A stretch of 40,550 nt of DNA from a virus (lineage: Duplodnaviria > Caudoviricetes): positions 1-40,550 of the IMG/VR virus record IMGVR_UViG_3300037524_001137, one strand, 5' to 3'. Both the position numbers and the translations under genes were made by a program. Shown here piece by piece: positions 26,232-34,278 of this stretch; position 1 is the first letter of the stretch, and each line of letters begins with the position of its first letter. A model generated the notes under the pieces. That model was given only the letters and a program-made list of their open reading frames with translations, made no database searches and had not been told where the DNA came from.

Positions 26232-26247
26232 GTCGTGACAGTATTGT
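26232..26247 (+). promoter_or_regulatory. GTCGTGAC-NN-YAnnnT motif copy 5
   Basis: GTCGTGAC AG TATTGT, intergenic, after the hairpin at 26191-26222. Confidence 0.6.
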
Positions 26248-26273
26248 GAGATGAGGCAACAGCGAGGTTAAAC

Positions 26274-26756
26274 ATGGCTGTCTTAGTCACCGCAGGGCGA
26301 GCGGCCATAGCCGCCATCATGAAAACACGTCCTTTGTATCTGGCGTGGGGTACCGGCGACCCCGTATGGGATGAGTCGCCCCTGACAGAATCCATTGAGG
26401 CCACCGCCTTGACGGCCGAATTGGGTCGTGTGGCGGTCAGCGCATCCGGGTACGCCGTCCCCGATGAACTGGGGATCATTGAAGTGCCTAATGGCCGCTT
26501 CAGTTGGTCCGAGGAACCCACTAATCACTTGTATTTACGCTTTGACTTCGGCTTTGCGGACGCCGCCGATCAAGTCATCCGCGAGGCCGGACTGTTTATC
26601 GACAGCGTGATGGTCACTGGCCTGCCGCCGGGACAACGCTACTTTGAGCCGGAGGAGATTGACGATCCAGGCACCCTGGTGGCGCTGGAGCATTTTCCGG
26701 GCGTGGTGCGCTCACCGTTGGTCCGCCAGCAATTTGAATTTGTGTTGACGATCTAA
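26274..26756 (+). CDS. Baseplate/fibre-attachment protein
   Basis: MAVL..AGRAAIA...LYLAWGTGD..W, IREAGLF, RQQFEFVLTI; this type of gene typically precedes DUF4815 genes. Confidence 0.65.
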   Translation: MAVLVTAGRAAIAAIMKTRPLYLAWGTGDPVWDESPLTESIEATALTAELGRVAVSASGYAVPDELGIIEVPNGRFSWSEEPTNHLYLRFDFGFADAADQVIREAGLFIDSVMVTGLPPGQRYFEPEEIDDPGTLVALEHFPGVVRSPLVRQQFEFVLTI

Positions 26757-26760
26757 TGCC

Positions 26761-28869
26761 ATGACGATCAATCTTGCCCATTATTACGACCGCTTTGACG
26801 TCGCTGATCATTACGACCGGCACCTGTTTGTGGCTGGCAACGTACTGCAAGCAGCCGAACTCAATGAAGTTCAATCGGCGACCTACCAGCGGCTGCAAGC
26901 GGTTACCGATGCCCTGTTCAAAGATGGCGACGTCTTGTCCGGTGCCGAAATCGTTGTGGATGAAACGACTGGCGACACCCAACTCAGCAATGGCGCCATT
27001 TATCTGCGTGGCGCGGTGCGGGGGGTGCCGCCAGCAACGTTTACCATTCCCGTCGTGGGCTTGGTCAAAATCGGTGTGTATCTGCAAGACAGTGTCATCA
27101 CTGACCTGCAAGACCCTAGCTTGCGCGATCCAGCGGTCAGTTTCCGTAACTACCAGGAGCCGGGGGCCGCACGGTTACAAGTCGTTCCGACATGGGGTTA
27201 CGACGGCGACAATGGCACGGGGGATTTTTATCCGGTCTACGAGGTCTTGGATGGCGTGGTGGTCAACAAAACCCCGCCGCCGACGATTGATGCGGTAGCG
27301 CAAACCATCGCGCGGTATGACCGCCAGTCCACCGGAGGATTTTACGTCAGCAGCGGCTTCACTATCACGCGCCTGACGGACGATGAACAAGATCGTCAGG
27401 TCTATTCCGTCACTAACGGCTCGGCACGGGTCGGCGGCCAGGAAATCGTGAAGGAACACGCCAGTCGCCTGGTATACGCGGCAGTGCCCGATACCCGGTC
27501 GGTGCTGATGGAGCCGCACAACGTCAGCGGCGCCACCGGCGACGATATGCGGCTGGACGTGGATGATGGCCCCATTCATACCGTCAATGACGTGGCCATG
27601 GTGCGCGCGGTCACCATCAGCCTGAAACGCGGCGACATTGCGGGCACCAGTGATGCGTTCCCGAGCAACTTGGCCCCCGCTCTCGAAATTGTCGCCATTA
27701 GCCAGGGAGTAACTACCTTTGAGCAAGGCGTTGATTTCCGGCTGTATAGTGGCAAAGTGGATTGGTCGCTAGAGGGCACAGAGCCTGCGCCAGGATCAAC
27801 CTACACTATCGCATACCAGTATTACGACACGACGACCGCCTGGACCGAGGCTGATAACACGGGCTTTACCGTGCCGGGGACGGTCGCCATTACCGTCACC
27901 AGCCCCCCTCAAACCGTGGACGCGGAGCTGGTGAATGGTTCCCTGGTATTTGTTAGCTATACCTGGGCCATGCCGCGTTATGACCTGATCTGCCTGGATC
28001 AAAATGGTTATCTCCTGACGGTCAAAGGGGTAGCCGCCCCTTATCGACCACGCGTGCCCGAAGTGCCGCGCAGCGTCTTGGCCCTGGGCATTATTGATCA
28101 GCGGTGGTCGTCAGCCACCCGCGTGATCAACAGTGGCACGCGCATGATCCCCATGCACGAGCTGAATGCGGTAAATGTGCGCATTGAGACCTTGTTTGCG
28201 TTGGTGGCGGAAGATCGTCTGGCGCTGAACGTGACCCAAATGGACAGCACCGCAAAGAAAGGCGTCTTTACCGACCCATTCCTTGATGACGATTTGCGCG
28301 ATCAAGGCCTGACGCAAACCGCTGCGATCTTTGATGGTGTGTTGACCCTGGGGGTCGAGGCAGCGGTGCATAGTCAAACTCTCGACGCGCCGGGCAGTTT
28401 AAGCATGACGGTGGGTATCACCGCCATCAATCAGCCCCTGCGCACCGGCAGCATGAAGGTCAATCCCTACGATGCCTTCTCGCCCTTGCCGGCGGTCGCC
28501 ACCTTGGCACCTAGCATCGATTTTTGGATGGAGTTTGCAACCAACTGGTTGTCACCCGTCACCCGTCAATTCAGCGAAGACATATGGCTGAATCCGGAAC
28601 GGCGGGATTGCAGTATGAACCGTTTCCTTTCTAAACACCCGGATGTGGATGACGACAAACTGGATGCCTATATTCGCCGGCATACCCGGATGGTGCGCAC
28701 CGAGGAGATCACGCAGACCGAGAAAGAGACCGTCGGGACGCGTTATGTGGATGCACAATTCCTGCGGCCGATTGATATCAATTTCGAGCTATCCGGGTTC
28801 CAGCCTAACGAAGATTTGGTGGCGGTCACGTTTGACGGTCAAGTCGTTAATTTTGAGGAGGTGGCCTGA
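26761..28869 (+). CDS. DUF4815-type adsorption-associated tail protein (N-terminal part)
   Basis: YYDRFD....YDRHLF..G.VLQAAELNEVQ, EPGAARL, KKGVFTDPFLDD. Confidence 0.8.
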   Translation: MTINLAHYYDRFDVADHYDRHLFVAGNVLQAAELNEVQSATYQRLQAVTDALFKDGDVLSGAEIVVDETTGDTQLSNGAIYLRGAVRGVPPATFTIPVVGLVKIGVYLQDSVITDLQDPSLRDPAVSFRNYQEPGAARLQVVPTWGYDGDNGTGDFYPVYEVLDGVVVNKTPPPTIDAVAQTIARYDRQSTGGFYVSSGFTITRLTDDEQDRQVYSVTNGSARVGGQEIVKEHASRLVYAAVPDTRSVLMEPHNVSGATGDDMRLDVDDGPIHTVNDVAMVRAVTISLKRGDIAGTSDAFPSNLAPALEIVAISQGVTTFEQGVDFRLYSGKVDWSLEGTEPAPGSTYTIAYQYYDTTTAWTEADNTGFTVPGTVAITVTSPPQTVDAELVNGSLVFVSYTWAMPRYDLICLDQNGYLLTVKGVAAPYRPRVPEVPRSVLALGIIDQRWSSATRVINSGTRMIPMHELNAVNVRIETLFALVAEDRLALNVTQMDSTAKKGVFTDPFLDDDLRDQGLTQTAAIFDGVLTLGVEAAVHSQTLDAPGSLSMTVGITAINQPLRTGSMKVNPYDAFSPLPAVATLAPSIDFWMEFATNWLSPVTRQFSEDIWLNPERRDCSMNRFLSKHPDVDDDKLDAYIRRHTRMVRTEEITQTEKETVGTRYVDAQFLRPIDINFELSGFQPNEDLVAVTFDGQVVNFEEVA

Positions 28870-30110
28870 TGGCGATTACCGCGAATGCCCAGGGTGAAAT
28901 TAAGGGAAAATTCACTATCCCAGAAAACATCCCCGCCGGCACCAAGCTGGTGGAATTTTCGGGCGACACGACGGAGGCCACCGCCACCTTTGTGGGGCGT
29001 GGCGTCATTACGGTGGAGGATTTGCGGGTCGTCACCACCCAGATCAACCGGCGCCTGCTCACGTGGAAAGGTGACCCATTAGCGCAAACGTTTAGCCTGG
29101 CCGAACGATTGCAAATTGCCGCCGTGGATTTGTGGTTCACAGCTATTGGTACGACCAATATCCTGGTGCAGATCCGCGAGGTCGAGCTGGGTTTGCCCGC
29201 GCCCATCGTTCTCGCGGAGGCGTTATTAACCCCGGCAGAGGTGACGGTCAACGACTGGACGCGCTTTACCTTTACCCCGACCATGCTGGAAGCCGAGCGC
29301 GATTACGCCGTGATCATTGCCTGTAATGACGCCACAGCCGCCGTAGCGGTGGCGGGAATCGGTGAATGGGATGCCGATGCTGAGCAATGGGTCACCGCCC
29401 AGCCGTATCAAATCGGCGTCTTGCTGTCTTCGTCCAATAACCGCACCTGGACCCCGCATCAGACCCACGACCTGACCTTCCGCCTGCTGGCCTGTGATTA
29501 CAATGTAGTCGGTAATGACCGGCAGAACGGGGTGGCGACCAAAACCGTGGCCTTAACTTCGCAGACCGTGACCGACGCCGACCATTTAGTGGTGCTGGCG
29601 GCGGTCGAGCGGCCTACGCCGGACTGTGACGTGATTTTTAATGTGACCGTGGACGACCAGGTGTACACGGTCATGGAGGACCAGTCATTCACCTTGGCCG
29701 AACGTTATACTGGCACGGTGGACCTGGAGGCGGTCTTGATCGGCACCTACACTGCCTCGCCGGTGTTACATCCCGATGTGCATCTAGTGGCAGGGACGCG
29801 CTTAACGGAATGCGATTACATCACGCGGGCGATGCAGACCAATATCGGTCTGAGTCCGACCGTAACCTTGACCGCGTATTTCGATGTGGTTCGGCCTGGC
29901 AGTGCCAGCGTCACCGCTTATTACGAGGCCAGCGAGAGCGTCTGGGCGGAGCTACCCGTAATCAGTAGCACCCCGCTGGGTAATGAATGGGTAGAGATCA
30001 AGTGTGTCGTGGATGACTTCACCGGACTGGACACCCGGCTTAAATTGACCTTGGCAGGAACCGCCTGGGAGCAGCCGCAGGTCAAAAACTTGCGAGTCGT
30101 CTTCACTTAA
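28869..30110 (+). CDS. DUF4815-associated tail protein (C-terminal part)
   Basis: ANAQGEIKGKFTIPENIPAGTK, DPLAQTF, GVLLSSSN..TWTPHQ..DLTF; TGATG-coupled. Confidence 0.75.
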   Translation: MAITANAQGEIKGKFTIPENIPAGTKLVEFSGDTTEATATFVGRGVITVEDLRVVTTQINRRLLTWKGDPLAQTFSLAERLQIAAVDLWFTAIGTTNILVQIREVELGLPAPIVLAEALLTPAEVTVNDWTRFTFTPTMLEAERDYAVIIACNDATAAVAVAGIGEWDADAEQWVTAQPYQIGVLLSSSNNRTWTPHQTHDLTFRLLACDYNVVGNDRQNGVATKTVALTSQTVTDADHLVVLAAVERPTPDCDVIFNVTVDDQVYTVMEDQSFTLAERYTGTVDLEAVLIGTYTASPVLHPDVHLVAGTRLTECDYITRAMQTNIGLSPTVTLTAYFDVVRPGSASVTAYYEASESVWAELPVISSTPLGNEWVEIKCVVDDFTGLDTRLKLTLAGTAWEQPQVKNLRVVFT

Positions 30111-30124
30111 ACGGCGGTAGCATC

Positions 30125-30334
30125 ATGATTGATCAAAGCACTCTGAACTACGATTTGCCGCTGCCACATCCTGGAAATCTGCTGCAGGATGATGTGTTGC
30201 GGTTACGTTCCGCATTGACCGGCATTGATCTGGTCTTAAACGTTTTAAACCAAAAAAGCATCACCGTTGATCTGCCGTTTATCACCGCCGCAGGTGCCGC
30301 CAAGCCGATCAGGATGACCATCAATGCCGGATAA
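30125..30334 (+). CDS. Short tail-fibre adaptor
   Basis: LPLPHPGNLLQDDVLRLRSAL..ID resembles a typical fibre N-terminal anchor. Confidence 0.6.
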   Translation: MIDQSTLNYDLPLPHPGNLLQDDVLRLRSALTGIDLVLNVLNQKSITVDLPFITAAGAAKPIRMTINAG

Positions 30335-31400
30335 AATCCCCCTCAAGGCCCTCTATACCGGCAATCAGCCCACCGCGCTAGGTGAATTTAACGACGGTGA
30401 CACCCTGCCGATCAGTCATGGGGGCACCGGCAAAACCACGGCGGAGGAGGCCCGCGCCAATCTGGGTCTGACCCTTGGTAGCCAGGTGCAGGCGTATGAT
30501 GCCGACCTGGCGGCTTTGGCTGGCCTGTCCGGCACCGGCCTCATCGAGCGCACGGGCGCTGGGACGGCGGGTACCGTCACCGTGACGGTAGCGGGCAAAG
30601 CGATCCTCGATGATGCCGACGCGGCGACCCAACGCACGACGCTGGGGTTAAAGGGGGCCGCGACGCTGGATGTCGGCACGGCAGCGGACACGGTGGCCGC
30701 CGGCAATCACACCCACCCGGGGGTCTACGAGCCGGCGGATGCGACGATTCTCAAGAGCGCCGCGATTGGTTCGACTGTCCAAGGTTACGACGCTGATCTG
30801 GCAGCGGTGGCCGGGCTATCTACCACCGGCCTCATCGAGCGCACGGGCGCTGGGACGGCGGGTACCGTCACCGTGACGGTAGCGGGCAAAGCGATCCTCG
30901 ATGATGCCGACGCGGCGACCCAACGCACGACGCTGGGGGTGGGCACGGGGGACAGCCCGCAGTTCGCCGAGGTCAATCTGGGGCATGCCTCCGACACCAC
31001 CCTGGCCCGCAGTGCCGCCGGCCAGGTGACGATTGAGGGCGTGGCGATTACCACCGCGTCAAACTCTCAAGCCCTGAGCAACAAGGAGTTAACTGGCACC
31101 CAGGAGACGGTGCATAGCATCGTGGATGGCGCCACCGTGGACATTAACCCGGCCCAGGGCGGCATTCAGACCTGGACCCTGGGCGCAAACCGCACGCCGA
31201 CCGCGACCAATTTCGCGGCGGGGCAATCGGTGATGCTGATGATTAACGACGGCACGGCCTATGCCGTGAACTGGACGGGCATCGGTGTCGTCTGGGTCGG
31301 CGGGACAGAACCGACCCTACCCACCAGTGGCTATGGCATCATCGAACTTTGGAAAGTCGGCGCTACGGTCTATGGCGCGAGCGTGGGGAACGTGGCCTGA
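30324..31400 (+). CDS. Tail fibre protein
   Basis: LPISHGGTGKTTAEEARANLGL and duplicated LDDADAATQRTTLG shaft motifs. Confidence 0.8.
   Translation: MPDKIPLKALYTGNQPTALGEFNDGDTLPISHGGTGKTTAEEARANLGLTLGSQVQAYDADLAALAGLSGTGLIERTGAGTAGTVTVTVAGKAILDDADAATQRTTLGLKGAATLDVGTAADTVAAGNHTHPGVYEPADATILKSAAIGSTVQGYDADLAAVAGLSTTGLIERTGAGTAGTVTVTVAGKAILDDADAATQRTTLGVGTGDSPQFAEVNLGHASDTTLARSAAGQVTIEGVAITTASNSQALSNKELTGTQETVHSIVDGATVDINPAQGGIQTWTLGANRTPTATNFAAGQSVMLMINDGTAYAVNWTGIGVVWVGGTEPTLPTSGYGIIELWKVGATVYGASVGNVA
30533..30938 (+). repeat. Perfect 115-bp direct repeat (30533-30647 / 30824-30938)
   Basis: Identical copies 291 bp (97 codons) apart, in frame; each contains TACCGTCAC-C-GTGACGGTA. Confidence 0.9.
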
Positions 31401-32026
31401 TGCTGCACCATGCCCTCCGCGCCATGACCAAAGCCGTGGTATATTTCGTGACCACCGCAGGCAGCGGGTCTTATCTCGCGCCGACTTGGGCCACCAAGGT
31501 CACGGTCGAGGCCATTGGCGGCGGCGGCAAGGGCAATGGCAATAGTCAAGAATCGCGGCGCTCCGGAGGTGGCGGTGGGGCTTATGCGCAAACCACGAAC
31601 TTGACCGTCACCGGCGGCAGCACGCGGGTGTATTTTTATGTCGGACAGACCATCGAAGATAGCTGGGTGCGTCTGAACTCCAACGCCGCTCCGACTAGCA
31701 CCTTGCATGGCTGCAAGGCCGAGGCCGGTAGATCCGGCAATGACTCTAACGGTGGAGCGGGTGGCGCCGATACGGCATCTGTGGGTACCCTGAAGTACGG
31801 CGGGGCGGACGGTTCCATCGGTGCCAGTGCCGTTGGGGGTGGCGCAGCAGGCGATGGTGGCGCGGCTGCGGATCAATCCGGCGGGGCTGCTATCACTATG
31901 CCCGGCGGGGATGGCGGCAATTTTGAAAGCGTGGGTCTGGTTCCAGGCGGGGGCGGGGGCGGTAGCGCGACACTTAACAATAAACTTGCGGGGGCAGTGG
32001 GCTGCGTGCGCATCACCTTTTACTAG
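31400..32026 (+). CDS. Glycine-rich tail fibre tip / receptor-binding protein
   Basis: VTVEAIGGGG.G...GGGGGAY...GAVGCVRITFY; TGATG-coupled to the fibre gene. Confidence 0.7.
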   Translation: MLHHALRAMTKAVVYFVTTAGSGSYLAPTWATKVTVEAIGGGGKGNGNSQESRRSGGGGGAYAQTTNLTVTGGSTRVYFYVGQTIEDSWVRLNSNAAPTSTLHGCKAEAGRSGNDSNGGAGGADTASVGTLKYGGADGSIGASAVGGGAAGDGGAAADQSGGAAITMPGGDGGNFESVGLVPGGGGGGSATLNNKLAGAVGCVRITFY

Positions 32027-32035
32027 CCCTGGGCC

Positions 32036-32199
32036 GTGACACTTGATAGCGTATCACGCCAGGCTGAAATAATTAGCTTATTTATCAGTTCGCTAGGGTC
32101 ATAATTCGCGCCCTTTCACGGCGACAACATGACCTTAAGTTGATGAAGCTGAAAGGAAATCGCCAAAACTGGTATATCCCCAGATATCCCGCCTATCAC
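32036..32199. other. Candidate attP
   Basis: Core CGCC-CTTTCAC-GGCG (32109-32123) resembles a tRNA-Glu anticodon arm. TATC(A/C)C boxes at 32052, 32175, 32185, 32194 and an IHF-like TATCAGTTCGCTA at 32083. Adjacent to the integrase. Confidence 0.6.
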
Positions 32200-32202
32200 A
32201 CT

Positions 32203-32279
32203 GTCCCGTTCGTCTAGTGGCCTAGGACACTGGCCTTTCACGCCAGTAACAGGGGTTCGATATCCCCTACGGGACGCCA
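32203..32279 (+). tRNA. tRNA-Glu(TTC) with 8-nt T-loop
   Basis: Acceptor GTCCCGT/ACGGGAC, G discriminator, encoded CCA; anticodon arm CTGGC-CTTTCAC-GCCAG; T arm AGGGG-TTCGATAT-CCCCT. Confidence 0.9.
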
Positions 32280-32290
32280 CTTTCGTTTCA

Positions 32291-33307
32291 TCACAACCGC
32301 AACCCGACGATCGCATCCCGCAAGGATGATGGTGCCAGGTGGGCGTATTTCTCCGTGATGCGGATGCTGGAATGCCCGGCCAGGACCTGCACGGTGCGTA
32401 GGGGGATGCCGGCCTGGACGAGTTGGGAGCAAAAGGTGTGGCGAAGGGCATGCACCGATCCGGTCAGTTCCGCCCGGCCCAGGGTGCGGCTAAAGGCCCG
32501 GGTCAATGAATAAGGGGTAACCTGGGGAAGGACAAATTCTCGCGGACGGCGGAGGGATTCGATTGCCTCGGCGGCCCCCTGGGTGATGGGGACGACGCGC
32601 CACTTGCCTGACTTGGTACGGGCGCCGGGTTCGGAGACGATGCGCAGTTCATCCTGGCCGATGTCGGCCCACTTAAGTTGAATGGCCTCGCCGCGGCGCA
32701 TACCGGAGTTCACCATCAACTGCCAGGACCAGCGGTACTGGCGATGTAGTTCCGCGTCTTCCGTGGTGGCCTCTTTCGGGATCGTCAGTTCCGTGGCGTA
32801 GATCAGGCCAAGCTCCTCTTTGGTGTACCACCGGGGCGGGCGGCTGGCCAGGTCCCGGGGTGCCTTGGCGTACTGAACGGGATTGTGGGTTATCACGCCC
32901 GTCTCGACAGCGTGATTCAGTAGGGCCTTGAGGGTCCGAATCTCCTTGATGATCGTCCCGGCAGCGGCGCCGTCCGTGAAGCGTTGGCGCTTGTAATCAT
33001 CCACCAGGTCGATGGTCAGGGCGAGCAAGGGGCGGCGCTTGAAATAGGGAATCAGGTGCTGGCGGAGGATCTGTTCCACCCGGTAATAGCTGTCGGGGTA
33101 TTCCTGGCTGTGCCACTGGCCATAGGTGACGGCATAGGTCAGGAACTGCGGGCCGGCGAGGGCGGCATGGCCGCGGGCCTGTTCCCGTGCGACCCGGGCC
33201 GCCTCGGCTTCGGCTTCGGTAACTGGGCCAAGACGCTGGCGGATCTGCCGCCTGCCCTCGACCCAGGTGATGTACCACGTCTGACCGCGGAGATATTTTC
33301 CTGCCAT
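32291..33307 (-). CDS. int: Tyrosine integrase
   Basis: SGMRRGE (R), TKSGK (K), HALRH, LAGH, TEKYAH (Y). Confidence 0.95.
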   Translation of the reverse strand: MAGKYLRGQTWYITWVEGRRQIRQRLGPVTEAEAEAARVAREQARGHAALAGPQFLTYAVTYGQWHSQEYPDSYYRVEQILRQHLIPYFKRRPLLALTIDLVDDYKRQRFTDGAAAGTIIKEIRTLKALLNHAVETGVITHNPVQYAKAPRDLASRPPRWYTKEELGLIYATELTIPKEATTEDAELHRQYRWSWQLMVNSGMRRGEAIQLKWADIGQDELRIVSEPGARTKSGKWRVVPITQGAAEAIESLRRPREFVLPQVTPYSLTRAFSRTLGRAELTGSVHALRHTFCSQLVQAGIPLRTVQVLAGHSSIRITEKYAHLAPSSLRDAIVGLRL

Positions 33308-33465
33308 GCCTGATCCATGCTCGCCTCGATGTCTGCACGTCGATACAGGATGGCACCCATCCAGGCCAAGGGCAAGATCCCCATCCCTGGGGCGCGGGCG
33401 GCAAACTCCTCCTCAGGGAGGTTGGCCAGGTTGGCAGCCTCGGAAAGAGTGAGGTATGGAGTCAT
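33139..33465 (-). CDS. Excisionase-like HTH protein overlapping the int start
   Basis: YLTLSEAA...ILYRRADIE winged-HTH pattern immediately upstream of int. Confidence 0.65.
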   Translation of the reverse strand: MTPYLTLSEAANLANLPEEEFAARAPGMGILPLAWMGAILYRRADIEASMDQAWQENISAVRRGTSPGSRAGGRSASVLAQLPKPKPRRPGSHGNRPAAMPPSPARSS

Positions 33466-33469
33466 GGGG

Positions 33470-33652
33470 TCACGCAAGAATTTCCGTGGGGATGCGGTAT
33501 TCGCACCGTTTCATCAAGTAGTCACGCATCGTCTGGGCCGTTGGTGGGTACTTGCCCGATCGGGATTGATCACGCTCGGTCCAGCGCCGGCAGGTTTGCT
33601 TCCAGGGACAACTCTCGTCACCGCAGCGGGTGATGTCGTCAGCGAGGATCAT
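33470..33652 (-). CDS. Small Cys-rich protein
   Basis: DITRC...CPWKQTCRRW...CEY; ATGA coupling to the upstream gene. Confidence 0.65.
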   Translation of the reverse strand: MILADDITRCGDESCPWKQTCRRWTERDQSRSGKYPPTAQTMRDYLMKRCEYRIPTEILA

Positions 33653-33834
33653 TCGGTTACCTCCCGATACTCAACGGGTTTACCGCAATGCCGGCAAATC
33701 CGGTCAGCGGATTTCTCGTCCAGACAATGCACTACTCTCAACTGTCCGCAGTCCGTGGCGAGCAGGTCTGACTGCCAACGGTGAGCGCGGAGTCGCAGTT
33801 CCCACACGCAGACTGGTTTTACTTCGGTTGTCAT
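33649..33834 (-). CDS. Small Zn-ribbon-like protein, paralog A
   Basis: CVW...TDCG...CRHCGKPV; paralog of 34084-34278. Confidence 0.7.
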   Translation of the reverse strand: MTTEVKPVCVWELRLRAHRWQSDLLATDCGQLRVVHCLDEKSADRICRHCGKPVEYREVTE

Positions 33835-33859
33835 TCGACTATAGCCATCCGTAAAGCGC

Positions 33860-34087
33860 CTACTGCGTCGGCAAATAAACCTGTGCCCCTACCAGCTCAC
33901 GCTTCACCTCGAATACCTCGTATCGCTGGTTGAACCCGCGATATTTGTATTGGTCTAGGGCTTCGCTGGCATCTTGTATGGCCTCCTTCAGTCTCAGCGC
34001 AGTACCGCTTTCCTCCCAGTAATCGTGCTTGCTGGGCTTTCGTCCGCGCATGCCGTACAAGGTCCACTCGTAGTATTTCTGTTTCAT
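33860..34087 (-). CDS. Hypothetical protein
   Basis: 75 aa, ATGA-coupled with a GAGGTG RBS. Confidence 0.65.
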   Translation of the reverse strand: MKQKYYEWTLYGMRGRKPSKHDYWEESGTALRLKEAIQDASEALDQYKYRGFNQRYEVFEVKRELVGAQVYLPTQ

Positions 34088-34278
34088 TCGGTCACCTCTC
34101 GATAGTCCACCGGCAGGCCGCAGAAGCGGCAGGTAGGGGCGATTGATCTGGCGCTTATATAGTGGCTCAGTGAAAGCACTTTGAGCCGTCCGCAGTCAGT
34201 CGCCAGCAGGTATTGCATGTGGTGAGGCCCACGCCAGCGTAGCTCCCAGACGCAGACTGGTTTGATTTCGGTTGTCAT
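34084..34278 (-). CDS. Small Zn-ribbon-like protein, paralog B
   Basis: CVW...TDCG...CRFCGLPV. Confidence 0.7.
   Translation of the reverse strand: MTTEIKPVCVWELRWRGPHHMQYLLATDCGRLKVLSLSHYISARSIAPTCRFCGLPVDYREVTE

Noticed and set aside
30533-30938. Possible DGR template/variable repeat or invertible fibre cassette
   Set aside because: Copies are identical (no adenine-specific changes) and direct; no reverse transcriptase or invertase in the window.
32033-32048. GCCGTGAC as a sixth promoter motif
   Set aside because: Mismatch in the 8-mer and the following hexamer (TTGATA) does not fit YAnnnT; better explained as part of the att arm region.
32203-32279. tRNA as a host-prophage boundary
   Set aside because: Phage genes lie on both sides and no host housekeeping genes occur in the window.
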